A stretch of DNA of 64,000 bases, taken from NCBI GenBank assembly GCA_965207065.1, contig OZ242260.1:4288001-4352000 (forward strand). The letters are read 5' to 3'. The notes beneath the pieces are model-generated. The model did no database searches. It was given only the letters and a program-made list of their open reading frames with translations, and was not told the DNA's origin. Each line of letters opens with the position of its first letter. The first letter of the stretch is position 1. A program made the translations under genes and the position numbers. The stretch comes from a bacterium. Its GTDB lineage: Bacteria > UBA8248. This document shows, piece after piece, positions 1 to 9,554 of this stretch.

Positions 1-2
1 CG

Positions 3-293
3 GAGGAACCGCCCTCCCCTTCAGTAGAAGTAACAGAGGAACCGGAAGAAACGCTCGGAGAGTCAGAGGTATCTCCGGGCGAAGAAGATGAACAACCTTC
101 CTCTTCTCAAGCCACGCTCGCTCTCGATAGCGAAACACTCGCGCCTATCATCCAGAAACAACTGGAAGAGGCCGCAGACAAGATTGCCCCCACGCTGCTC
201 AGCCACATCGAAGACGCCGTGGTGAAACAACTCCCCTATATCGTAGAGAAAATCGTCATTCGAGAAATCGAGAAAATCAAACGCGGAGAATAA
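3..293 (+). CDS. Partial CDS (3' end): acidic/Pro-rich linker plus helical C-terminus, PopZ/RomR-like
   Basis: Open frame from the window edge to TAA at 291-293: EEPPSPSVEVTEEPEE...LSHIEDAVVKQLPYIVEKIVIREIEKIKRGE*; ends 3 nt before valS. Not in the ORF track because its start is outside the window. Confidence 0.6.
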   Translation, partial: EEPPSPSVEVTEEPEETLGESEVSPGEEDEQPSSSQATLALDSETLAPIIQKQLEEAADKIAPTLLSHIEDAVVKQLPYIVEKIVIREIEKIKRGE

Positions 294-296
294 CTT

Positions 297-2918
297 TTGC
301 TGGAACCACGCTACGACCCGAAAGGGGCCGAAGATCGCTGGTATGCCGAATGGCTGAAGCGCGGATATTTTCACGGCGCGCCCAGCGAGAACCACGAACC
401 TTATTCCATCGTCATCCCGCCCCCGAACGTGACGGGTTCGCTCCACATGGGCCATGCCCTGAACAATGCCCTTCAGGACATCCTCATCCGCTGGAAGCGC
501 ATGAGCGGCCTGCGCGTCTGCTGGATGCCCGGCACCGACCATGCGGGCATCGCCACCCAGAACGTGGTGGAACGCCAACTCGCCGAGGAGAACCTCTCGC
601 GCGAATCCCTGGGACGGGAGAAATTCATCGAGCGCGTCTGGAAGTGGAAAGCCGAGAGCGGCGGAACCATCATCCGCCAGCTTCACCACCTGGGCGCTTC
701 GTGCGACTGGGAACGCGAGCGGTTCACGATGGACGAGGGGCTCTCCCGCGCCGTGCGCGAAGCCTTCGTGAGGCTCTACGAAGAGGGATTGATTTACCGC
801 GATAATTACCTGGTGAACTGGTGTCCGAGGTGCGAGACGGCCGTATCGGACCTGGAAGTCGAACACGAAGACCACGACGGCCACCTGTGGAATTTCCACT
901 ACCCGCTCTGGAACGGCGGGGACGGCGTCACCATCGCGACGACGCGCCCCGAGACCATGCTCGGCGACACGGCCGTGGCCATCCACCCCGACGATGAGAG
1001 ATACAAGGACCTCGTGGGCGAGTATCTGCGCCTGCCGCTTCTGGACAGGAAAATCCCCGTCATCGCGGATTCTTTCGTGGACGCCGATTTCGGCTCCGGC
1101 GCGGTGAAGGTCACACCCGCGCACGACCCGAACGATTTCGAGGCGGGCCTCAGAAACGACCTGCCGCAAGTCAACATCCTCACGCCGGACGCGAAGATCA
1201 ACGAAAACGGAGGTCCTTACGAGGGTCTGGACAGGTTCGAGGCGCGAAAGCGCATCGTCGCCGACATGGAAGCGCAGGGGCTGGCGAGAGGAGTGGAAGC
1301 TCATCGTCACGCCATCGGTGGATGCTACCGCTGCGGCACCGTGGTGGAGCCTTATCTCTCGAAGCAATGGTTCGTGCGCGCGAAACCGCTGGCGGAGGAA
1401 TCGATACGCGCCGTCGAGGACGGGCGCATCAGGATCATCCCCAAACAGTGGGAATCCACATATTTCGAGTGGATGCACAACATCAGGGACTGGTGCATCA
1501 GCCGTCAGATCTGGTGGGGCCACCAGATTCCCGCCTGGTACAACGACGAGACCGGAGAAGTCATCGTTTCGCGCGAAGACCCAGGCGACCCGAACCTGAG
1601 ACGCGAGACCGACGTGCTCGACACCTGGTTCAGCTCCGCTCTCTGGCCCTTCTCGACGTTCGGGTGGCCGGACGACAACCCTGATCTTAAATTTTTCTAC
1701 CCCACGTCCGTCCTCGTCACCGGCTTCGACATCATATTCTTCTGGGTGGCGAGAATGATCATGACGGGGCTCAAGTTCATGGACGACGTCCCCTTCCGCG
1801 ACGTCTACATCCACGCCCTCGTGCGGGATGAACAGGGCCAGAAGATGAGCAAGACGCGCGGGAACATTATCGATCCCCTGGAGATCATCGAGGAATTCGG
1901 CACGGATTCACTGCGGTTCACCCTTACCGCCATGGCCGCCCAGGGTCGCGACATACGCCTCTCCACCGAGCGAATCGCCGGATACCGGAATTTCTGCAAC
2001 AAAATCTGGAACGCGGCCCGCTTCACCCTGATGAATCTGGGCGACAGCGTTCCGCCCATGCCGCCGAGAGAATCGCTCTCGCTCGGCGACAGGTGGATAT
2101 TGAGCCGCTTGAACGGCGTGACGCGCCAGGTGGACGAAGCGCTCGAGGAATACCGCTTCAACGACGCCGCCCTGGCGCTCTACCACTTCACCTGGCATGA
2201 GTTGTGCGACTGGTATCTGGAAGTCATCAAGCCCGCCCTGACCTCGGGCGAGGGCGGCGATGCGAGCCGCGCCGTGCTCGCCGAAGCGCTCGAGCGCACG
2301 CTTCGCCTCCTGCATCCCATCATCCCCTTCATCACCGAGGAGATATGGCAGAAACTTCCGAACCGCAGCGGCGAGAGCATCATGGTGGCCGATTGGCCGG
2401 AGCCGCAGGATGGGTGGGACGACGCGCAAGCGGAAGAGGATTTCGAAGCCCTGACGGAGATGATAGGCGGCATCCGGAACATACGGGGCGAGTTGAACAT
2501 TTCTCCCAACAAGGAGATGCCAGCGCACATTCAGGTGCAAGACCCCGGCAAGCTCGACGTCATCATGCGCGAGTCCGAGTGGATACGCAGACTGGCGAGG
2601 ATTGCGCCCGACTGGAATGTCGGCCCCGACGTGGAGCGGCCCAAGGCGTCGGCCCACACCGTTTTCGGCTACGGGCAGGCGTTCGTACCCATCGGCGGAC
2701 TCATCGACGTCGAAGAGGAACTCAAGCGCCTCCACAAACAGATCGCCGACGCGAGCGATGTGATAGCGGGCCTCGAGAAAAAACTCGCCAACCCCTCGTT
2801 CATCGAACGCGCGCCCGCCGAAATCGTGGAAAAAGATAAAAACCGCCTGCGTGAGGCCCTGGAGCGCGCGGAAAAACTCCGCGAGAGCGCAGAGCGCATC
2901 GGAGAATATCAAAACTAG
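297..2918 (+). CDS. valS: Valine--tRNA ligase
   Basis: PPPNVTGSLHMGH (HIGH motif), DWCISRQIWWGH, KMSKT, C-terminal coiled coil; 873 aa. Confidence 0.98.
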   Translation: MLEPRYDPKGAEDRWYAEWLKRGYFHGAPSENHEPYSIVIPPPNVTGSLHMGHALNNALQDILIRWKRMSGLRVCWMPGTDHAGIATQNVVERQLAEENLSRESLGREKFIERVWKWKAESGGTIIRQLHHLGASCDWERERFTMDEGLSRAVREAFVRLYEEGLIYRDNYLVNWCPRCETAVSDLEVEHEDHDGHLWNFHYPLWNGGDGVTIATTRPETMLGDTAVAIHPDDERYKDLVGEYLRLPLLDRKIPVIADSFVDADFGSGAVKVTPAHDPNDFEAGLRNDLPQVNILTPDAKINENGGPYEGLDRFEARKRIVADMEAQGLARGVEAHRHAIGGCYRCGTVVEPYLSKQWFVRAKPLAEESIRAVEDGRIRIIPKQWESTYFEWMHNIRDWCISRQIWWGHQIPAWYNDETGEVIVSREDPGDPNLRRETDVLDTWFSSALWPFSTFGWPDDNPDLKFFYPTSVLVTGFDIIFFWVARMIMTGLKFMDDVPFRDVYIHALVRDEQGQKMSKTRGNIIDPLEIIEEFGTDSLRFTLTAMAAQGRDIRLSTERIAGYRNFCNKIWNAARFTLMNLGDSVPPMPPRESLSLGDRWILSRLNGVTRQVDEALEEYRFNDAALALYHFTWHELCDWYLEVIKPALTSGEGGDASRAVLAEALERTLRLLHPIIPFITEEIWQKLPNRSGESIMVADWPEPQDGWDDAQAEEDFEALTEMIGGIRNIRGELNISPNKEMPAHIQVQDPGKLDVIMRESEWIRRLARIAPDWNVGPDVERPKASAHTVFGYGQAFVPIGGLIDVEEELKRLHKQIADASDVIAGLEKKLANPSFIERAPAEIVEKDKNRLREALERAEKLRESAERIGEYQN

Positions 2919-3686
2919 ATGGATTCTATCGGCGCCGACGAGAAAACTCTCGATTGGCGGATTGAAACGCTTGACGAGACAAGCTCCACCAACGATCTGG
3001 TTTCGGCCCGCGCGCGGGATGGCGAAGCGGGCGGCCTCGTGATACGCGCAATATCCCAGACAAGAGGCAAGGGAAGAAGGGGACGCTCCTGGTTTTCACC
3101 GCCCGGGAGCGGACTCTACTTCTCGGCCCTGCTTCGCCCGAGCGGCGAAACCGGAATTTCATCCTTCCTGACGCTCCTGCTCGGCGTCGCCGCCGCGGAA
3201 GGACTCGCGGAAGCGACGGGTCTTCGAGTCGGAATCAAATGGCCGAATGACTTGAGGGTGGACGGAAAAAAAATCGGCGGAATCCTGTGCGAATACCTGG
3301 AACCACCGAACCAGCCTCCCGCCGTCGTCGCAGGCCTGGGCATCAACCTCACGACGCGGGAAGCCGACTTTCCCCCCGAACTGCGCGAGTCAGCATCCTC
3401 GGTTCTTCTCTCGGGAGGGCGGGTGCCCGACGCGGAACATCTGCTCATTCTCCTTCTTGCGCGCATCGCTTTCTGGTACAAGGAATATGAATCGCGCGGC
3501 TTCGGCGCCGTTCGTGATGAGTGGCTCAGGTTGTGCGACAATCTGGGCGAGCAGATCTCCGTTCATGTCGGGGATGAGACGTTTTCTGGAAAAAACAACG
3601 GGATTGACGAGGCGGGCCGCCTGCTGCTCGAAAAACCCGATGGGTCAATCGAGAGCATAACCTCCGGCGAGGTGGAACTCCCATGA
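2919..3686 (+). CDS. birA: Biotin--[acetyl-CoA-carboxylase] ligase (no N-terminal HTH)
   Basis: SSTND, QTRGKGRRGRSW, KWPND, KIGGIL motifs. Confidence 0.95.
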   Translation: MDSIGADEKTLDWRIETLDETSSTNDLVSARARDGEAGGLVIRAISQTRGKGRRGRSWFSPPGSGLYFSALLRPSGETGISSFLTLLLGVAAAEGLAEATGLRVGIKWPNDLRVDGKKIGGILCEYLEPPNQPPAVVAGLGINLTTREADFPPELRESASSVLLSGGRVPDAEHLLILLLARIAFWYKEYESRGFGAVRDEWLRLCDNLGEQISVHVGDETFSGKNNGIDEAGRLLLEKPDGSIESITSGEVELP

Positions 3687-4462
3687 ACCAGGGCTCCTAT
3701 TTGCTGGCCATCGACGTGGGCAACACGCAGACCGTCGTGGGGCTTTTCGACGGAGAAGAACTCGCCTCGAGCTGGCGGCTCGGCTCCGTGGCCCGCCGCA
3801 CGACGGATGAGCTGGCCATACTCATGGAAGGCTTGTTCCGGCTCGGGAAGCACCAGATGTCGGACGTGGGCCGCGTGGTAATCGCGAGCGTCGTCCCTCC
3901 ACTGGGGCCGAACCTCGAGGAGATGGCCATACGCTATTTCGGCGTGAAACCGCTGGTCGTCGGCCCGGGGATACGAACAGGCATCTCCATAAAATACGAG
4001 AACCCCCGCGAAGTGGGAGCGGACAGGATCGTCAACGCCGTCGCGGGCCACCACCTCTACGGCGGGCCCTTGGTGATCGTCGATTTCGGAACGGCCATCA
4101 CCTTCGACGCGATATCCACTGCGGGAGAATACCTGGGCGGCGCCATTTCGCCCGGCCTCGGCATCGCCCTGGAAGCGCTCATCGACAAAACGGCCAGGCT
4201 CCCCCGGGTCGAAACCGCCGTGCCGCCCTCCGTGATCGGAAAAAACACGGTCCACAGCATTCAATCCGGCATCGCGTACGGGTACCGGGGTCTGGTCAGG
4301 GAAATCGTCGAGCGCATGAAAACAGAACTCGGAAACGATACGAAGGTCGTCGCTACGGGCGGCCAGAGTCTGGCGTTGGGTGGAGAAGAAGGGGTTTTCG
4401 ACCTGATCAACCCCGAGTTGACCCTCCTGGGTCTGCGCCTAATCGCCGAGAGAAATCCTTGA
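3683..4462 (+). CDS. coaX: Type III pantothenate kinase
   Basis: LAIDVGNT, GADR, VDFGTAITFD, GGAISPG, ATGG motifs; ATGA overlap with birA. Confidence 0.96.
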   Translation: MNQGSYLLAIDVGNTQTVVGLFDGEELASSWRLGSVARRTTDELAILMEGLFRLGKHQMSDVGRVVIASVVPPLGPNLEEMAIRYFGVKPLVVGPGIRTGISIKYENPREVGADRIVNAVAGHHLYGGPLVIVDFGTAITFDAISTAGEYLGGAISPGLGIALEALIDKTARLPRVETAVPPSVIGKNTVHSIQSGIAYGYRGLVREIVERMKTELGNDTKVVATGGQSLALGGEEGVFDLINPELTLLGLRLIAERNP

Positions 4463-4514
4463 CGGGCATCAGGCGGCGGCTATCTCACCGACCAGATACA
4501 GCCGCAAAAATTCG

Positions 4515-4874
4515 CTACTGAAACGCGTTCTTGAGCAACTCCTTCGCTTTCGGCTTTTTCCCCGCTTCGGCTTCTAAGAGCACCACGTCGAAACGACAGA
4601 CGGACGATTGCTCCCGGGGATGCGTCAGCAAATAGTGCTGCGCGGCCTGCGCGATTCTTCGCTGTTTCTCGCGACCCACGGCCTCGGCGCCGCTGAGAGA
4701 CTTGCCCGGCGCGCGGGTCTTCACCTCGATGAACGAGAGCACCGCGCCTTCTCGCGCGATGATGTCCACCTCGTAGCGCGCGCCCCGGTAGTTTCGCTCG
4801 ATGATTTCATAGCCGCGTCTGCGCAGGAATTTCTCGGCGGCGTCTTCCCCGATTTTTCCGCTCTCGCGGCTCAC
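4515..4874 (-). CDS. yraN: YraN family (UPF0102) predicted endonuclease
   Basis: GEDAA...RNYR...EVDIIA...FIEVKTR...CRFDVV; downstream of rnhB as usual. Confidence 0.93.
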   Translation of the reverse strand: MSRESGKIGEDAAEKFLRRRGYEIIERNYRGARYEVDIIAREGAVLSFIEVKTRAPGKSLSGAEAVGREKQRRIAQAAQHYLLTHPREQSSVCRFDVVLLEAEAGKKPKAKELLKNAFQ

Positions 4875-4881
4875 GGCTTCC

Positions 4882-5484
4882 TCACGCTCCCGCTACGGCC
4901 GGCACGCCCCGGAACGTACGCCGGTGAATGCGGCAGGGACCATGACGCTCCAGAGCGGCCAGATGATCCCGCGTGGGATACCCCTTGTGCCTGCCGAACC
5001 CGTAGCCCGGGAAGCGCCCGTCCATCCGGGCCATTACGCGGTCCCGGTACACCTTGGCGACAACGCTCGCCGCGGCGATGCAGGCGCAGCGCGAATCCCC
5101 TTTCACGAGCGGGGTTTGCGGCAAGGGAGTGGGGATTCTCCTGTTTCCGTCGACGAGTACGTGGGCGGGCGCGGACCCAAGCCCTTCCACGGCGGCCGCC
5201 ATGGCGCGCAGGGAGGCCTGCAGGATGTTGATTCTCTCGATCTCGCGCGGCCCTGCCGCTGCCAGGGCGACGGCGAGCGCTTTCGCGAGAATCTCGGGCA
5301 AGAGCGCTTCTCGCTGGCGCGGGGACAGCTTCTTGCTGTCGGCAAGGCCGGCGATGGGATTCCCGGGGTCGAGCACCACAGCGGCGGCCACGACCGGGCC
5401 CGCCAGGGGGCCGCGCCCGGCCTCGTCCACGCCTGCGACGGGCGAGGCGCCTTCCCGCGCGATTTCGCGTTCGATGGAATACAT
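4882..5484 (-). CDS. rnhB: Ribonuclease HII
   Basis: GVDEAGRGPLAGPVV, DSKKL, LVDG, KGD...IAAASVVAKV, HKGY, HRRTF. Start placed at ATG 5484 (MYSIERE). Confidence 0.96.
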   Translation of the reverse strand: MYSIEREIAREGASPVAGVDEAGRGPLAGPVVAAAVVLDPGNPIAGLADSKKLSPRQREALLPEILAKALAVALAAAGPREIERINILQASLRAMAAAVEGLGSAPAHVLVDGNRRIPTPLPQTPLVKGDSRCACIAAASVVAKVYRDRVMARMDGRFPGYGFGRHKGYPTRDHLAALERHGPCRIHRRTFRGVPAVAGA

Positions 5485-5638
5485 GAAAAACCATTCCAGG
5501 CGGTGGATATCCGCAATATATCGATGATTCGGGGCTTCCTCAAGGCGTCGCTCCCCTGACAGGCTTGGGGACGGCTTGGAAATCTGAGAAGATGGGGTAT
5601 CCCTTGAACCGAAGATATTACCGACTGGAGAAGATACG

Positions 5639-6628
5639 TTGGCCAAATCCAAGCTGTTCCGAAAAGACCACCTCATCGACTCGCACGACGAAGGCATCAA
5701 GCTGCACCTGAGAGAGAAAAAACCGCGCGGCATGAAGAAGTCGGAAGCGGCCAATACCATGCTCATGGTCCACGGGCAGAGCACGCCCGCGCCCGTCGCC
5801 TTCGACTTGCCCCTGCCCGGCTACTCGTGGATGGACTTCGCCGCCGCACGCGGCTTTCACGTCTACGCCCTCTGCATCCGGGGCTACGGCCCCTCCACGC
5901 GGCCCCCTGAGATGCTGAGAAGCCCCGCCGGCCAGCCTCCGGCCGTGCGGGGAATCACCGCGGTGCGCGACATCGACGCCGCCGTCAGGTTCATCTGCGA
6001 GCAAAACGCCATAAACAAGCTGAACCTGCTCGGCTGGTCGTGGGGCACGACGACCACGGCCGCCTTCACCGCCGGAAAGCAGGCGCGCATCCGCCGCCTC
6101 GCTCTCTACGCGCCTTTTTACGCCTACGACAACCCCCAGGCGGCGGCGCTGTGGGAAGACCCCGCGCGCCCCGGACGCTGGGACCCCCGCAAGGGGGCAT
6201 GGCGCTGGGTGACTGAAAGCTACCAGCGCGAGCGCTGGGACGGGAGCATCCCCAAAGGACAGCACACGAAGTGGCGGACAGAGGCGGCTATCAAGCGCTT
6301 CTGGATCGAGCAGCAGAAATTCGACCCCGAGGGCGCCAAGCGAAGAACCCCCGCCGTCCGCGTGCCCAACGGCGCGATGGCGGACAGCTACGACCGCGCC
6401 CGCAACAAGCCGCTCTACGACGCGAGCAGAATCACCTGCCCGGTCCTGACCATCCGGGGAGACCATGACAGAAGCTCGACTGACGCCGTTTTCGCCGCCG
6501 TGTACCGCGCGCTCATAAACAGCCGGGGGAAGCGCTCGGTCACGCTGGGAGACGCCACGCACTTCGCCCAGTACGAATGGTGCCGCGAGGCCCTCTACAA
6601 CGAGGTGCAGAATTTCATCGAGGGTTGA
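5639..6628 (+). CDS. Alpha/beta fold hydrolase
   Basis: VHG oxyanion motif, RGYG, nucleophile elbow GWSWG, RGDHD acid and ATHF His. Confidence 0.85.
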   Translation: MAKSKLFRKDHLIDSHDEGIKLHLREKKPRGMKKSEAANTMLMVHGQSTPAPVAFDLPLPGYSWMDFAAARGFHVYALCIRGYGPSTRPPEMLRSPAGQPPAVRGITAVRDIDAAVRFICEQNAINKLNLLGWSWGTTTTAAFTAGKQARIRRLALYAPFYAYDNPQAAALWEDPARPGRWDPRKGAWRWVTESYQRERWDGSIPKGQHTKWRTEAAIKRFWIEQQKFDPEGAKRRTPAVRVPNGAMADSYDRARNKPLYDASRITCPVLTIRGDHDRSSTDAVFAAVYRALINSRGKRSVTLGDATHFAQYEWCREALYNEVQNFIEG

Positions 6629-6816
6629 ATCGAGGGAAACCGGCGACAAGATGCGGTTTCGTTCATCATTCCGGCGTCGGACCCGATCTGGGAGGGAGGA
6701 TTTATCACTCCCCCTTGATGGGGGAAGTATTTCATTTCTCCTTGGGGTTATTTTTGGGAATTATAAACTTAACTATGCAAATTGCTTTTAAAAAATAAAA
6801 GGATTTGCTTTCATGA

Positions 6817-7719
6817 CTAGGCTATCACCTTCGCATCACTTATGTGCAATCGTTTCACGATGCCTTTTTGTATTTCGACCTTTGCTACGACAATAAATTC
6901 AGAATGATCGTTCAGTGCTTGTGAATATATATTTTGGCGTATACCTATCGCCGGGTCTGTTATTCGACCAGTTATATGTTCACCAAAAAATTCAACATCA
7001 ACAACACAATGCCCTGTGTCGAGATTGAGTTCCCTGATCCTTACGACCCGGTATTCAGTCGCGTCTCCTACTTCTATTTCCCCTTCATCGCGTATAGCTT
7101 TTGCGTCTGATTCTGTGATTTCCGATTTTGATTCAGACTCAGAAAATTGTTCGATGGCGGAACAAGATGAACCGATGGGTTTCACAAACTCACGGGCATA
7201 AGGTCTTGTGCTTTCAGCGAGCAGTGGTATCTGTTCAGTTAATTTTTCCATTAGTGCCGCTAGATTGTCATTCGCTTTTTGGTTCGCGGCCACAAGAACT
7301 TCCATGACTTTCGCATCTTGCTCCGCTTTTTCACGAATCACATCTACAAGTTCTTTCACTATGGCCTCCTGTTCACTTGGATGAGTCCATAATTTCAATA
7401 ATGCCTCAACTATTTTACGAAATATCCAACTTAATGGTTCCTTGAACATATAAAATACAACGCCAAATTCTCCGGCCTGAGCAGGTTCAATCCCAAATTC
7501 TTGTCCGAAAGACCCCTTTTTAGGAACTTTTGACACGCAGATAAATTTGTTTTTTGCATTTGGTTTAGGAATTTCGCCGTAGTAAATATATTCGGCGATG
7601 GTGATATATAATTTCGAAGCACCGATGAGAGATTCACCATATTCTTTCGAGTCAAGAAAATGGTGATCCGCGCTCTTGCCGATATAACGAACCATGAATG
7701 GAGAAACAACTTCCACCAT
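6817..7719 (-). CDS. Hypothetical passenger protein (300 aa)
   Basis: Long ORF in AT-rich DNA; candidate promoter TTGCAT-N18-TACAAT upstream on the minus strand; central helical segment. Confidence 0.8.
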   Translation of the reverse strand: MVEVVSPFMVRYIGKSADHHFLDSKEYGESLIGASKLYITIAEYIYYGEIPKPNAKNKFICVSKVPKKGSFGQEFGIEPAQAGEFGVVFYMFKEPLSWIFRKIVEALLKLWTHPSEQEAIVKELVDVIREKAEQDAKVMEVLVAANQKANDNLAALMEKLTEQIPLLAESTRPYAREFVKPIGSSCSAIEQFSESESKSEITESDAKAIRDEGEIEVGDATEYRVVRIRELNLDTGHCVVDVEFFGEHITGRITDPAIGIRQNIYSQALNDHSEFIVVAKVEIQKGIVKRLHISDAKVIA

Positions 7720-7852
7720 CGATAAATTTTCCAGAAATGATTGCGGTATACGTTACGGACGGAGCTTTGCTTGCCGGTACGGACTGCATTGTATCTTATA
7801 CGTTGTAAGGTATGCAACACAGTAAGGAAACGATACCTTATCCCCTGCCTAA

Positions 7853-8131
7853 TCATCTACACAGTTCTCTCATTTCTTTCCTTGAAGAAAATGGTTCAAA
7901 TTCTTTATCAAAGTGCTTCGTAATGGCTCCATGTATTTTCTTTAATGAATGTTCCATATGAACATCGATGAGACTAATTTCATCTTTGATCTCAATTTCC
8001 ACTTTATCGATTTTGGATTCAAGTCTATCAAATCTTTTATCCATTTCATCCAGTTTTCGTAGAATCGCGTTCATATCTCTTTTAAGTTTCCTTATTTGTT
8101 CTTCCAGAGTCTTATTTCTATTTATACTCAT
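7853..8131 (-). CDS. Small coiled-coil passenger protein (92 aa)
   Basis: AGGAG Shine-Dalgarno before ATG; heptad pattern LRKLDEMDKRFDRLESKIDKVE. Confidence 0.7.
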   Translation of the reverse strand: MSINRNKTLEEQIRKLKRDMNAILRKLDEMDKRFDRLESKIDKVEIEIKDEISLIDVHMEHSLKKIHGAITKHFDKEFEPFSSRKEMRELCR

Positions 8132-8219
8132 TTCAAATCTCCTAAAAAGAAATTAACTTCAATCACTCCATTAATATCAATAGTTCTTCAAATAAAATAA
8201 GAATACCTTATAAAATAAC

Positions 8220-8248
8220 TTGACATTATTTATATTATTTGATATAAT
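8220..8248 (+). promoter_or_regulatory. Consensus sigma70 promoter of the transposase
   Basis: TTGACA (8220-8225), 17 bp, TATAAT (8243-8248), with extended -10 TGn. Confidence 0.8.
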
Positions 8249-8275
8249 TGTGTTATTGAATGGGAGAGGCAATCA

Positions 8276-9220
8276 ATGGCACACAAAGCACCCGGCAAAG
8301 CATTTAGAGAAGGCATTTCACTAATCGACCTTTTCAAGATGTTCCCCGATGAGGAAACTGCCACCACATGGTTTGAAGGCTTGAAGTGGGGTAAAGACCT
8401 GGAATATCTTTGTTGCCCTAGATGTGGTTGCATGGATAAGGTTAGGCCTGTTCCTTCCAAAAAACCCATGCCTTACTGGTGCGGCGATTGCCGACGCAAT
8501 TTCAGCGTAAGAACTGGAACAGTCATGGAGAAGTCAAGGATTCCCCTTCAAAAATGGGCAATCGCCATGTACTTGAATGTAACCAGTCTCAAGGGCGTTT
8601 CTTCAATGAAACTTCATCGAGACCTTGATATTTCCCAAAGGTCTGCTTGGTTCATGGGGCATAGAATCAGGGAAGCCATGAATAATGAAGGTGGAATGTT
8701 TGATGGCCCCGTAGAAATCGATGAAACTTATGTAGGTGGCTTGGAGAGAAATAAACACGGAAAGAAGAAACTCAAGGCAGGACGCGGCGCAGTAGGCAAA
8801 GCCGCCGTAGTGGGTATCAAGGAACGGAAATCAAACAAGGTTAAAGCTAAGGTAGTGGAAGATACCAAGAAAGAAACCCTGCAAGATTTCGTTAATGAGA
8901 ATGTGGTTGCAGAAGCCAAGAAATATACTGATGAAAATCGTTCATACAGGGGATTGAGCAATCACAAATCCGTCAATCACAGCATGGGCAAGTGGGTAGA
9001 CGAGATGGCCCATACAAACGGCATCGAATCCTTCTGGTCTATGTTCAAGCGGGGGTTTCATGGAACCTATCACAAGATGAGTCATAAGCATCTTCACCGC
9101 TATATCATTGAATTTAGTGAGAGACATAATCTCCGGCCAATGGATACTATTTCCCAAATGAAAACTCTTGCAGGTAACATGGACGGCAAGAGACTAACCT
9201 ACGAAGATTTGATTGCTTAG
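8276..9220 (+). CDS. IS1595-family DDE transposase
   Basis: Zn ribbon CPRCG...WCGDC, HTH (GVSSMKLHRDL), catalytic VEIDETYVGG, YTDE, HTNGIESFWS; 314 aa, intact. Confidence 0.96.
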   Translation: MAHKAPGKAFREGISLIDLFKMFPDEETATTWFEGLKWGKDLEYLCCPRCGCMDKVRPVPSKKPMPYWCGDCRRNFSVRTGTVMEKSRIPLQKWAIAMYLNVTSLKGVSSMKLHRDLDISQRSAWFMGHRIREAMNNEGGMFDGPVEIDETYVGGLERNKHGKKKLKAGRGAVGKAAVVGIKERKSNKVKAKVVEDTKKETLQDFVNENVVAEAKKYTDENRSYRGLSNHKSVNHSMGKWVDEMAHTNGIESFWSMFKRGFHGTYHKMSHKHLHRYIIEFSERHNLRPMDTISQMKTLAGNMDGKRLTYEDLIA

Positions 9221-9222
9221 AT

Positions 9223-9357
9223 ATGTCGAAAACAGAAAACGATAAGAAGAAAGAAGAACAGAAGAAGGCACGGGATTCTATCCCGTCGCATATCCATGAA
9301 GATGTGGAAGAAATAGCAAAAAAGATTCTTGGTGTTCCTGAAAGGAAGAAAAAGTAG
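9223..9357 (+). CDS. Small charged protein (44 aa) directly after the transposase
   Basis: ATG 2 nt after the transposase stop: MSKTENDKKKEEQKKARDSIPSHIHEDVEEIAKKILGVPERKKK*; below the ORF-track cutoff. Confidence 0.55.
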   Translation: MSKTENDKKKEEQKKARDSIPSHIHEDVEEIAKKILGVPERKKK

Positions 9358-9418
9358 GAATCTCCCCGTTTAATTTCATCTTGACTTTAGCATTCGACCT
9401 CACATAGCATTGATTCCA

Positions 9419-9554
9419 GCCATTACCATAGAGTTTCCCGTCTACCAAGTCGGGTCACTCGCTAAATACAACAGCCTTGTAACCCGGCGCGGGGTAGCTC
9501 CCCATGCTAAAGGTGAATAGGCGAGATTACCCCAAGCATCTCTATGGTAATGGC
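9419..9554 (+). ncRNA. Candidate structured RNA (rod-like) inside the IS
   Basis: Perfect 15-bp closing stem GCCATTACCATAGAG (9419-9433)/CTCTATGGTAATGGC (9540-9554) with nested inner helices; TTGACT-N18-TAGCAT promoter at 9381-9410. Confidence 0.5.

Noticed and set aside
63-1814. 583-aa minus-strand ORF
   Set aside because: Antisense shadow of valS caused by high-GC codon bias; no motifs.
9419-9554. Retron msr-msd
   Set aside because: It has a1/a2-like inverted repeats, but no reverse transcriptase (no YADD-type RT ORF) in or near the element. The YADD at the end of the 61797-62786 protein is part of its HD domain.
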